Of a stretch of DNA of 21,799 nt, positions 9,952 through 20,842 are shown piece after piece; the first letter of the stretch is position 1, and every line of letters begins with the position of its first letter. Origin of the DNA: Chiloscyllium plagiosum. Lineage: Eukaryota. The DNA lies in NCBI RefSeq assembly GCF_004010195.1, contig NC_057718.1, positions 93,584,561-93,606,359 of the forward strand. The letters run 5' to 3'. The notes under the pieces are model-generated. The model made no database searches and had not been told where the DNA came from. It saw only the letters and a program-made list of their open reading frames with translations. The translations under genes were made by a program, and so were the position numbers.

Positions 9952-10100
9952 ATCAAACTCCTTTCAGCAGATTGTCTATTCTCGATCTCTCTCATTCCTA
10001 CGCATATCTCTTCATGTGCATCTTCACCTTTCAAACTGCTGGTTGTATACCCTTTTGTCTTTGTTCTATTCTGTTTCTATTTGCTGAGGGTAGTCTTGGT

Positions 10101-10228
10101 TAGAGACAAAAAAAAAACTGCAGATGCTGGAATCCAAAGTAGACAGGCAGGAGGTTGGAAGAACACAGCAAGCCAGGCAGCATCAGGAGGTGGAGAAGTC
10201 AACATTTTGGGTATAACCCTTCTTCAGG
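10101..10228 (-). mobile_element. Penelope-like pLTR fragment with degenerate hammerhead
   Basis: Minus strand: CTGAAGA-A-GGGT-tat-ACCC-aAAA-TGTT-gact...ctgatgctgcctggcttgctgtgttcttcca...attccagcatctgcagttttt. Confidence 0.8.
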
Positions 10229-10764
10229 TGGACTTGATGCTGTTTCTGAGGCACCCACTTCATTCCTGATAAGAATCTCTCTGGAGGGAAGCTCCCTGAT
10301 GAGAGAAGAACTTCATCCTTTCACTTCATTGCTCTCCTCCTCTTAGCTCTTCTCTCTGTTGGATGTTTGGGGTCTCATATACATGGAGTTGGATCTCAGT
10401 ATCCTGAGTCTTGTGGAACAGCTTGCTGGTGGTGGTACAGCTCTTCTTATTGCTCAACAGAGATTCCTGGTGAAACTGCACAGGCTGATCCCACACCGCA
10501 CCAACGGTTGACAGCAAGGAGGAGCAGATCAAATTGAGTGAAGTCCAAGACTGGAAATTGTCTGTCAAGCGGTGAGAGCATTCTCTACGTGGAAAGGTTG
10601 CAAGCTATATCGTTCACCTCGGCGAGACTGTGGCTATCCAACGTCATTTTTTGAAGAATTTCCAGATTCACTGAACAAGTGTCCATCTCTCCCCTTGCTG
10701 TGCAGTCACCTGAACCTCCCTGTGGACCCACTTAGCTGAGGAAACCATTAACTGTTAAAGTCCG

Positions 10765-10968
10765 ATATTCAAAGCTTAGACAGATGGACAGATTTTAATT
10801 GGGAAGAAAGGCAAGGCATATGGGGAAAAGGCAGGAGATTGGAGTTCAGAACGAACAGCTCAGGCATGATCTCATTGGACACCAGGGCAGACTCAATGGG
10901 CTGAATGGTCTATTCCAGCGCCGATGGGCTGAATGGTCTATTCCAGCTCCTATACCATACGCTCTACT
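10765..10968 (+). mobile_element. Old CR1 3'UTR fragment with a 24-bp tandem duplication
   Basis: aggcatatggggaaaaggcaggag..tggagtt...catgatctcattg...atgggctgaatggtctattccagctcctata is a typical CR1 3' end. Confidence 0.75.
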
Positions 10969-12316
10969 TCCAGGCTACATGGCCAATTAACTGTCAATTT
11001 GAATGTTTTGATTACACAGGAGTTTGTTACTTGCTCCAAAAATTCCCAGGGTAAACCCAGAGCCACCATGTCATTTTCTTGCACCGTTAGCATCTTTTTG
11101 GAACATTGTCCTTGTTCGCCCACCCCCATCATCCACCATCTTCCAACCTAAACCGCCCACCCGTTGATAATTGGGATGTGACTTACATTCACAATTATAC
11201 AATGTGTGTAGATATAATGCATAGAAATAACTAGCAATGTATCCATATCTGTCACATCAATTAACTAAGCTTTCATTAACATTGACTCATTTCTAAAACT
11301 CTAACATGATATTGAGTCCCTGGTTATGCATTTTCATTGAAGCTTTCAATCCAATTAAACCATTTCAATTTTTATATTGCTTCTACATGTAATTTTAACT
11401 GATTGAAACATTTTCCCACATTATCAAGAGGTGACCTGTGAGGGTGAATGATCCAAGGTGGTACTGCAAGCATCCCACAGAAGGAATTGCGGAAATGGCC
11501 CCCAGTTTCATCATCAATAACGAATGGCCCTGGTGATAAATGGATGGAGTTATGGAGCTGTAATCCCCAAAATGTCACTAAATATTCTGCATGTCCAAGT
11601 AATAAAAATAGAATTTAGCCAATTCCGTCAGTATGAAACAGTGACCCTTAAGATGTGCGAGGTAATACGTTCATGTTAAATTGCACACAGCCTCTGCAAA
11701 ACAATGGTTAAGAGATTGGTCACCACATTTAAATGTGCTAACCAGTGCACTAGAAGCAACATACAGAGGCTCCCAACCCTTTGCTAATGTAATGCTAAGC
11801 AGATCACCACGTGTAAATACTGACCTCACAAACGTACAGTTGCATACCTGGAGAAAACAAAATAACCACAAAGCCATTAGAGTTTGAATGATGAAGGGTT
11901 GATTTATGATATCTGTCCTTGGCTAAAATAGAGTCCAGGGATTACATTTAATGTTATCAGCAGATTTATGCTTATGTGTAAATGCAACATTCCTTGTGGG
12001 GGTATTAACTCTTTTATTAGAAAAAGGTTAACTCGTTCATTAAGGTATTGGACTGATCAATGGCACAATACAAACTGGTGTCTTTCCCCTGAAGTCAATG
12101 ATTGTAATTGTTGGATTGAACTGTCAAAGGTATCAATCCCAAGGTAACGGTTTATCACTTTGAGCTGCTAATGCACAGTAGGCAACACATGAATGGAGAT
12201 TTTAGTGAGATCTGGTCAGAGCACTCGAGGCAGTGAGTCAAAAATAACCTGGATTGCGACATGATGATTTCCTGACAGGGTTCCCGTGGAAACAAGAAAC
12301 ATAACAAAAGAACAAA

Positions 12317-12410
12317 GCTCCCCTGGTGGCCTGGGTAAAGAGACTGCCCAGACCAGCTCAAAGTCACATAGACCAGAACAATTCAAGTTTGATTCCCAGT
12401 CTGGCGATTC
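12317..12410 (+). mobile_element. Possible degenerate tRNA-derived SINE head
   Basis: A-box-like GTGGCCTGGGTAAAG and B-box-like GTTTGATTCCC, with flanking AGACCAG/AGTCTG arms. Confidence 0.35.
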
Positions 12411-12632
12411 TTGAAGCAATAAAAATGGCTCCATCTTCGCTGGTTAGAGAAAGGAAAAAAATATTTCATGGATTCCCTCTCGACCCTTGCTGGAAAATAT
12501 GGATGTTGGGTTGGAATCGGGGAAGCATTTCCATTCTATACAGTTTGGAATAAATATGTTCATTTGTGTATAAAACGCCATGCTCCTATCAGTTTCCCTC
12601 CCGATATGATTAATTTCTATCCCACAGAGAAA

Positions 12633-12905
12633 ACAAATTGTATTCATATGGCATATTTCATGAACATAAGATTCCAGAATGCAGAAGTTTTTGAAGTGGA
12701 CGTTTGGCTTTAATACAGGAAACACAGCAACCAATTTAGCTATAGCAAGGACCCACAATGTGATAGCGACCAAATAATCTATATCGTCTGATGTTGATTG
12801 AGTGACCAATATTGGTCTGGGCTCTGGGGATAACTCTCTGGGTCTTCTCCTTCAAACGAAAATGCCATGGCAATTCTTCCACCCATTCGAGTTGGCACAC
12901 AGGGA
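12633..12905 (-). mobile_element. Deu-domain SINE (SacSINE1-like), diverged
   Basis: Reverse complement parallels 2800-3075 (tttttgaagtgg...ggaaacacagcaaccaattt...gaccaaataatct...gatgttgattgag...aatattgg...tgccatgg). Confidence 0.7.
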
Positions 12906-13220
12906 ATTGGTGTTGTCATGGCAATGTCACTGCAAGAGTAATGCAGATGCCCAGGTTAACTCTCTAGGGATGTGCATTCAAATGCCACCATGGCAGAAAT
13001 TAAAATTGATTAATAAATCTTGAATTGAAAGCCAGTTTTAATCATGGTGCCCATGACAGCCAGCGTTGATTGTCAATCAAAACCTACCTTCACTAATGGA
13101 AGGAAATCTGCCGTCCTTACCTGGTCTGGTCTACAAGTAACTCTAGACCCATAGCAAAGTGGTTGACTCTTGATTGTTGTCAATGGGTTATAAGGAATGG
13201 GCTAAAAATGCTGGTCTTAT
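12906..13220 (+). mobile_element. tRNA-derived SINE with L2/CR1-type tail (family of 8139-9951), uninterrupted older copy
   Basis: ttcaaatgccaccatggcag...ttcactaatggaaggaaatctgccgtccttacctggtctggtctacaagtaactctagaccc...gtggttgactctt...atgggctaaaaatgctgg. Confidence 0.8.
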
Positions 13221-13889
13221 CCACTAAAGTTGCCAACTGTGATTAAATATATTCCTAGCTTCATCCCTGCTGGCTCCATTGCCAACACTTCCATCCTGGT
13301 TATGAAATGCCTTGCTATGCCAATTAGAAAACAAAATGATTCTTTACCCACTTGGCTATTGCTTGGCTGTCGACCAAACAGCCATTGTTTTTCCAATTTC
13401 AGTATGTTAAGATCTGCCAAAGAGTTCATGTTCAAATAAAAAAATCCTGAAGATTGATCTTCAACCCACATCCTATGAAACAATACATTTTAAAAACAGA
13501 TCTTGGTTTAATCTCGCAACCGAAAGATGGAATTGTGTGAAGACATATCCAGAAATCATGAGACATACAGGGCTTTAAGGAATGTTGCAACATAGCCATT
13601 TCTGCTATCAAGCACCAACGTAATTACATGCACTTCATCACACCTAGGAACTGACATTCAGGCAGAAGTGCAATGTTGATCACTTTGCACCAATAGGAGG
13701 AACAAATGGTATTGGGTAGTTAAGGCTCAGCAATTACAGCTCCCAGGCCCAACATTTTAATTGGCCCTTCTATAATGCTTAGGGATTTGTGGCTTAAATT
13801 GTGTGTTTAAAAATGAGTTTACTGTCTGAGCTGAATCACACATAAATTATTTGTGCCTGTGAAATGGAAAAGTCATGGAAAGATTTAGG

Positions 13890-14437
13890 CCATAACATGA
13901 TAAGAATGGAAGTAGGCCATTCAGCCCATTGAGTCTGCTCTGCTATTCAGTGAGATCATGGCTGACCTGATAGCTCTCAATTCCACTGTTCTGCCTTTTC
14001 CCATAACCCTTCATTGCCTTACTACTGAAAGATCTGCCAGTTTCAGCATTGATGGCCCAGCCTCATCTGCCCTTTGTGGTAAAGAATTCCACAGACTCAC
14101 ATCATTCTGAGAAAAGAGAAATTCCATTTCATCTCTGTGCAATGCCTTATTTTAAGATTATCCCCTTTGGTCCTAGACTTTCCCACAAGTGGAAACAACC
14201 TTTCTGTATCTAAGCATCAAACTGCCTCAGAATCTCATTGAAATTCTTCAATATTCCAATGAGTACAGACCCAACCAAGTTAATCTCTCCTCATAAGACA
14301 ATCTCTCCATACTTGGTACCTGCCTGGTGAACATTTTCTTGACTGCCTTCAGTCCCAGTATACCTTAGACAACCGGCCAAAAATCCTTTGCAGCACCCTA
14401 GCTGTGGGCTGACCAGTGCCTTATATAGTTTGAACAG
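13890..14437 (-). mobile_element. CR1 LINE 3' end; short continuation at ~14949-14990
   Basis: Tail cataacatgataagaatggaagtaggccattcagcccattgagtctgc; minus ORF contains LFKLYKALVSPQLGCC.GF. Confidence 0.85.
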
Positions 14438-14948
14438 TTTCTCTGTCCTTGGCATGCTGCAATGTTCCAGCTGATCACAGCACAAACTGGGAAAGCAACA
14501 TCCCATCTTCAAACTAGACACTTTAATAACCTTCTGGTTTCAACATTGAGTTCGACACCTTCAAATTATGAACCCATTCCTTCCCTTTCTTTTAGCTTTA
14601 ATGGTTGCAATCTTCAGTCAACATGTCCTGTCTCCCGTCTCCCCAACCCAGTGGGAATGTCTGTTCTATCCACTCTGGCAGTTAGACACACCATTGTTCT
14701 ACCATTCTCGCATTCTGATGACGTAATCTGAACTGTCAACATCCTTTCTCCCCCAGCACTCCAAACCAACCCCTGTCCACTACAGCATAAATGCTACCCC
14801 GTCCACACTTTACTTCAGCTCTGATGAAGAGTCATCTAGACTCAAAACGTTAGCTTGCTCTGTCTCCGTGGATGATTTTTGACCCATTGTGATTGCCAGC
14901 ATTTGTTGTTTTCAGTACTGATTCCAGCATCTGCAGTAATTTGCTCCG
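14438..14948 (+). mobile_element. 5'-truncated Penelope-like retroelement (GIY-YIG C-terminus plus pLTR with hammerhead)
   Basis: Degenerate GMLQCSS*SQHKLGKQHPIFKLDTL/PSGFNIEF resembles the PLE GIY-YIG C-terminal E..(W/L)I..L.T..P.GLN motif. Hammerhead at 14817-14855. Flanked by ATATAGTTTGAACAG / ATATAGTTTAAACGG. Confidence 0.85.
14817..14855 (+). ncRNA. Minimal type I hammerhead ribozyme motif (G12->A, probably inactive)
   Basis: AGCT-CTGATGA-A-GAGTC-atcta-GACTC-aAAA-C-GTT-AGCT: 4-bp stem I, 5-bp stem II, palindromic ACGT stem III. Confidence 0.7.
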
Positions 14949-15441
14949 ATATAGTTTAAACGGAACCTTCTGACTTTTATGCTCAATTATACCTTAGTGC
15001 TCTTGTTCTTTGGTATTGTCAGTCAACCCCTCCCTGCCTGAGATCCGAAGATTCCTTTCAGCAGATGTGAGGGCTTTAAGCGGCTCTTGATGGAAGACAG
15101 GCTGGCAAAAAGCACCCCAAGGTGACGACTTGATGGGATGGGGAGTAGGGAGAAGAAAATCAGAAGAACAAGCAGCCAGAGAGGCATCAATCCTAGTTGC
15201 TCAGATTCAGGCCCCGTTCCATTTTACAATACATGGAATCTCAAAACAAGAGATTCCCAGTGAAACCTTGTTGTCATCCAAATGAGATATTTAAACAAGG
15301 TTCTGAAGTTCCAAGAAAGTAAATGTGAAAAGGGAACCAAAAGAGCAAATTCATTACAGACCACTCAATATTTGATAACATTAGCATTGAACTAGAATTG
15401 AAAACAGTACGATGTATTTAATCCGATGAAGTAGAGCAAAA

Positions 15442-15774
15442 GGAGCGAAGTAGTGGCTCAGTGGTTAGGGCTGCTGCCTCACAGTACCAGGGACCTGGGT
15501 TCGATTCCACTCTCAGGCAACTGTCTGTATGGAGTTTGCACATTCTCTGCGTTGGTTTCCTTTGGGTGCTCTGGTTTCCTCCTACAGTCCAAACATATGC
15601 AGGTTACGAGGATTGGTCATGTTAAATTGCCCATATTGCCCAGGGACATGTTGACTGAGTGGGCTAGCCATGGGCAAGGCAGGCTTACAAGGATGAGGTG
15701 AGTCTGGGTGGGTTGCTCTTTGGAGGGTTGGACTCAATGGACTGAATGGCCTGATTCCACACAGAAATTATATG
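15442..15774 (+). mobile_element. HE1-family SINE, older copy
   Basis: gtggctcagtggttag, gggttcgattcc, ggagtttgcacattctc..ggtttcctttgggtgctctggtttcctcc, CR1-like tail. Confidence 0.88.
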
Positions 15775-16260
15775 AAAAGCTGAGAATCGATAGTTTATGA
15801 GGGACTAATTGGATGGGATGGATTGAGGACAAGTTTTATTAGGATTTCAGATAAAGAGCAAACTAGGCCAGTAAATGGAAGGAATCTTGCATTAAAGCCT
15901 GGCATTCTGATCTTCCAAGTTGTGTTGAGATTCGGACAGATCACTCTTCATTTTCTCTCTTCTGATTTTAGTTTGTCACTTCAGTGCAATCCCATTGAAC
16001 AGGTACAAGAGATATAGCCTCCTGAGACACTCTAAGGGCAGAGTGTATTCCAAAATGCTTCCCACTTGGACCTACTCATTGGAAATACAGTTCCAAGGTT
16101 GCAGTAGGAAGATTGCTTACTGCATTGAGTTTAGCATAAGCAGTGTGCACCCTGATTACTGTCCCATCCAAATGGGGCATTGCATGGGGTGCAGGAACAC
16201 CCAGAGAGGAATACTGCACCTCATTAGGACCTCACTTTATACCAGTTGACAAGATAGCCC

Positions 16261-16340
16261 TGGGCTCAAAACATTAGCTTGCTCTCTCTCCATGGATGCT
16301 GCCTGACCCATTGTGATCTCCAGCATTTGTCATCTTCAGA
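16261..16340 (+). mobile_element. Penelope-like pLTR fragment (same subfamily as 14438-14948)
   Basis: ctcaaaacattagcttgctctctctccatggatgctgcctgacccattgtgatctccagcatttgt closely matches 14841-14907. Confidence 0.8.
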
Positions 16341-16659
16341 CAAGACAGCAGGCTTGGTCTGCTCCTACTAGACCTTCCAAGCCAATTGCAGTTGACATGG
16401 AACCCTAATGTGTTTATCCATCGCAGTCGAAATAATTACAGTTCTGTCCTGGAACCAATCATTTCTCGCAAAAGTCAGGCAATTTGTGACCTTCACTGCA
16501 AATCCAATTTTAAGTACAAGTATTACAGAAGTACAAATTAAGTACAAATATCCCTCACCCGAATTGCAGGAAGCTTACAAAATGTGACTATTTTCACTTA
16601 AAGACTAAATAGGTCCCATTTACCAACTGAACCACGAGACTACAGAGAAATACAGACAT

Positions 16660-16875
16660 GGTTGTGAATGGTGACAAAGTGACTCACAGCATGAAATGTG
16701 TGGAAATGGAATATCATTCACTTTGGTTTGAAGAATAGAAAGAATGTGTTTTCAAAATTGTGAAATAGCTAAGTGCTGATTTTCAGTGGGACTTGGAAGT
16801 GCTTGTACAAGAAATATAAATCATTAGAATGCAGGTACAGCAAAAGATTAGCAAGAAAAATGTCATTTCTTTTTG
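16660..16875 (+). mobile_element. Old CR1 ORF2 internal fragment
   Basis: Degenerate K.EV.HFG-like segment (tggaaatggaatatcattcactttgg), then DL.VLV (gggacttggaagtgcttgt) and MQVQQ.I.K.N-like sequence. Confidence 0.6.
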
Positions 16876-17017
16876 ATGTATCCCTATGCCATGCTATACC
16901 CTTTCACCAATCTCCCTCCTTGATGCCCCAATATCTGTCAAGTTAAGCTATATCCCCCCCCCATCCACCTCATATATCCCATCATACTTTCCCTGCCAGG
17001 CCATGACATCTAGATGG

Positions 17018-17209
17018 AAGTGGGTACTGCAGACGCTGGAGATCAGAGTCAAGATTAGAGTGGAGAAGCACAGCAGATCAGGCAGCATCCGAGGAGCAGG
17101 AAAAATCGACATTTCAGGCAAAAGCCCTTCATCAGAAGTGAGGCTGGGAGCCTCAGGGGTGGAGAGATAAATGGGAGGGGGTTGGGGCTGGGGGGAAGGT
17201 AGCTGAGAT
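17018..17209 (-). mobile_element. Penelope-like pLTR with hammerhead
   Basis: Minus strand: pyrimidine tract, CTGATGA-A-GGGC-tttt-GCCT-GAAA-T-GTC, then ggatgctgcctgatctgctgtgcttctcca...ctccagcgtctgcagtaccc. Confidence 0.85.
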
Positions 17210-17606
17210 GCCATGGCATCTGCCAGTCCATTCACTCCCATATAGAATCAATTAATATATAGTGCCAATTGCATGTGTTAAATAAAAACATGTTTCTTTA
17301 AAAACAAAAACCATTCATTCATCATTTTATTCTCTTTCTTTAAATAAAACTCTATTCCCCACAGGTTAACAAAAATAACAATAGCAGAAACTGCAAACAC
17401 TTGAAACACATAATGTCTTGTGTACATAAACATTGTGCTATGACAGTAGAGACCAGAAGGCCAGCGTGTAATGAAAGCATTGTTTTCTCTGGGGTTCAGA
17501 TGTTTTAACAATCTAATGGATGTCTGGATTCTCAGCCAAGAATGTTTCATGCAGTTTATTGGCCTGTCGCTGTACACATTTTTCATACGTCTGTAGTTGA
17601 TCGAAA

Positions 17607-17655
17607 GCTGAATTCACTTGCCACCAGATAGTACTGCTGAATTCACTTGCCACCA
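17607..17655. repeat. Perfect 20-bp direct repeat, period 29
   Basis: GCTGAATTCACTTGCCACCA at 17607-17626 and 17636-17655. Confidence 0.95.
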
Positions 17656-18116
17656 ATAGCGGAAAGTTTGATGCCCTTGCTAACTCTGGTACCACATTGT
17701 TTATGCCACAGATAAAACATGCCACAGGATGAAGGCACTCATAATCAAGACAAGCACCAGTTTTTATCCATGCCCAGCCTTCACCTTCAGCTCCTCAGCT
17801 CTAAATTGAGACCCCACTCAGATTGAGGAGTGTTTTCACTGGGAGCTCATGTCCGCTGTGGTGTGAAGGGCTTCTTTATCGAATGAACTAGCTCTTTTAG
17901 TTCATTATAAAACATTCATACATTTGCCACAGACTTTACTTACAGCTGAATGTTTCCTCAGCTCAGAGAAAGAAAGAACTGATGTAATCCATTACTTTGG
18001 CTCATTGGCCAGCTGCTCCCCACAAGGCAGCAGTGTTGTTGTGCACAAGCCTGGAGTTTTACAAGAGAGCGGTAAAAACAAGCAAATTCCTGCGTTAAAG
18101 CACACATCTGTGTCAA

Positions 18117-18154
18117 AGAGAGTGAGTGAGTGAGAGAGAAAAAGAGAGAGAGAG
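18117..18154. repeat. (GA)n/(GTGA)n microsatellite
   Basis: agagagtgagtgagtgagagagaaaaagagagagagag. Confidence 0.9.
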
Positions 18155-20384
18155 TTGGTACTTTGCAGCTGAAAGATGCACACCCAAATATGAAGCAGTT
18201 ACCACCACTTCTGAGTGAAGGTTTAATGCACGTGGAACATGCGATCCTACAGAACTATCTGTCCCTCTGAAATTGCCATTGAGCCCCGAACAGTTACTGT
18301 ACAAATTGCAACCCAACCCAACCATAAAGCCCCTGCAGACCACTCTGTCACTTCACACATTTTTAAGTTATGATGGGAGAGGGGGGGAAAAACATTTCAG
18401 AGAAATTAAACCTGACATGGTGAATGCAAAATCCAGAATATTACTGTCTGCAGAACAATGGTGAACAGGGAACAGCGTATCTCAGCTGTCTGTTAAGGAG
18501 CGGCCTGTACCTTTCACTTGACATGTAAGGTTTCCTGGACAACACCTGGCTCACATTGTTGACCTCCAACTGAACGGACCCATTATGCACTCATAATGCT
18601 TTCTGCACTTGGTTCCTCCTTTTCACTACACCACTGTGCTGTGCACACACTGAAAAATCGCACAGATTCAGATCGCAGATGTCAATGAACGGAAGGGACA
18701 GGTTTCAGCTCGATACATTCAAGATGTCTGCCGGGCACTGGCGGTCTAAGCCTTAAGGCTGCATAGCTTCAAGACGGATCACTGTATCCTTTCACTGGTC
18801 AAAGTAAGTCAGGCAGAAAGCTCAAAGAGTTAAATGCTTTGCTCCGTCTCCCTGCCGTGTGTTACTTTGACATAGTTACAAGATTTATAAGATTTATTTG
18901 TGGAGTCTGGCAGCCATTTGGCCTCTACGTCAGTCCTGTGAACCAGATCCAATTGTTCACTCATAATGATAATGTTTTAATTACAAGATGTGTAGAAGTC
19001 CCCTTCTAAATTGTCACTTAATCGGAAAGTTTTTAAACTACATCATTTAAATAAATACATTGCTCATTTCAAATGTATGAAACTCCTGATTTGCGCTTGT
19101 TTATTTTAATTGGCAGGAAAACAGGTTAAAGTCCAATACATCATATGTCCTTTGGTGATACAATTTAAACCCAAAATTCCAAAAAAAAACTCTTGCATAT
19201 TGCGTGGCTAAATGTTCCAAAGATGTACCCCTCTGCTAAACATGCAATATATCTCCCTCTTTCCAAACAGAAACGGATTTCTTCAATTCATTTGATAAAT
19301 TTGACCTCAAATTTCCAGTTGGTATTATTGCAGATCCTGGTGTTTATGTTCATGTTGGTGGGCCAAGCACTAATCACCCAAATCTCCCAGGGAGGCAATA
19401 AATTACTGTCTTGAGATGGCGCTTTGTATCCCTATTGCTGCCGAGTAAGCTGATTTCACAGCGGTGTATTTTGACAGCCCGGACTTTAAATCATTGTTTT
19501 ATGACAGATGGGAAAACTTGTACATGTTCATGGTGCTGATTTATGTTCATTTGAGTCTGGAGGATTCCATAATTTGAGATGAATGTGAAAACAGATCGAT
19601 CCTCAGACACTGAAGGGGCTTGGCTGGGCTGTATATTCTCATTACTCGAAACAAATGGCATCCATATGAGTTTGAGGGAATTATTCAGTGTGAGCCTCTT
19701 TGGTGTCATGTAGTTAGTCAATGAAAAGATCCTACACAAGCAGGCAGAAGCAAGCATTAATTTTGGCATCAACAAGGTATCTACAATTGTACGATAATTG
19801 TCTGCAAACATTATGTTCAGAATGATGGAACTAATAAATTGCAACTTGGTGGTAAATAGCAACTTTCACCTCCCCGCTGCCTCAAAACTGCTTGTCATAT
19901 TCAAAAGCAACTGCGCCGAATAAATAAGGTCAATGAAGAGTTTTATAGGTAGCAGCAAACCTCGAACGTTATAGCAAATGAAAGTTGTTTAATGCCGACA
20001 TCTGACAGAGTGTACCGGGGAGATTTTTAACTGGAGGGCTACCAACATGACCAGGTTAAGGGACCACGTATCTTACTAACATTGGGCCTTCTATCGAATG
20101 AAGTCTACTTTGGTAGGCCGGTGGTGGAATTCATACCTTGGGAAGTGCCAGACTTTCCATTGGCTCTCAGTGTTAACACAGTGGGATCTTTTATCAGGGA
20201 TCATGTCATTAATTAAACAGTAAAGAACATTTCATACATTATTGCAGAAAGAATTGGACTGATGCGTTACTCAGAAAAAAGGCTCTAACAGCCAAGTTGT
20301 GACATTTTTGCTCCCCCACCTCACCACACCACACTTTGGAATGTTATATTTTTCAGCCCAGGCTTAACTAACAAGCTGTCAATG

Positions 20385-20500
20385 GTCAATATGGAGTGGG
20401 ACAGGGAGGTGGAAATTTGGAGGTGAAGCCATAATCAAATCAGCTAAGATTCAATGGAAGAGCCAACAGGCTGGAAGAGCCTACTCTTGCTCCGAATTTG
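20385..20500 (+). mobile_element. Old CR1 3'UTR fragment
   Basis: atatggagtgggacagggaggtgga...aatcagctaagattcaatgg...acaggctggaagagcctactcttgctcc resembles the other CR1 3' ends here. Confidence 0.55.
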
Positions 20501-20744
20501 TTCATCCCTATGACTTTCTTTAAATTCTCCCTCAACAAGGTCATCTTTCCCCATTCTGTATTGACCAGGGATATGATCAAAGCCAAAGAGTTTTTCTTCC
20601 CCCACATGCAACATTTTTATGAGACACTCAGTGGGATGGGGACATTGGAGGGCTGTGAGATCGCAAAAATTTGGATATTGGGAGCTAATGAAGTGAGCTA
20701 TCAGATAAAGATTTTCATTACTCATTAGAGACATACAGTAAACT

Positions 20745-20842
20745 CAACAAATCAGAAAGTGCAGGAGAAACTCAGCAAGTTTGGCAGCATCTGTGGAGAG
20801 AGAGCCAGAGACAACAATTCAAGTCCAGTGATTCTCCATAAA
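20745..20842 (-). mobile_element. Diverged Penelope-like pLTR fragment
   Basis: cagaaagtgcaggagaaactcagcaagtttggcagcatctgtggagagaga...aattcaagtccagtgattc parallels the reverse complement of 14830-14915; hammerhead core eroded. Confidence 0.7.

Noticed and set aside
12316..12332. CTCF site GGCCACCAGGGGAGC (minus strand)
   Set aside because: Mismatches at the conserved GC of the core 3' half, and it lies in a probable SINE head.
16512..16547. Triple AAGTACAA repeat
   Set aside because: Short, irregularly spaced AT-rich slippage with no supporting context.
17607..17655. CRISPR-like repeat-spacer
   Set aside because: Only two units, a 9-bp spacer, eukaryotic context and no cas genes.
18665..18690. 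Cadherin-like IQIADVNE motif
   Set aside because: The frame is closed by nearby stops on both sides and no other cadherin motifs are present.
19491..19862. 123-aa minus ORF (also the 121-aa ORF at 12444-12809)
   Set aside because: Non-ATG starts and no recognisable domain; the second ORF overlaps a Deu-SINE.
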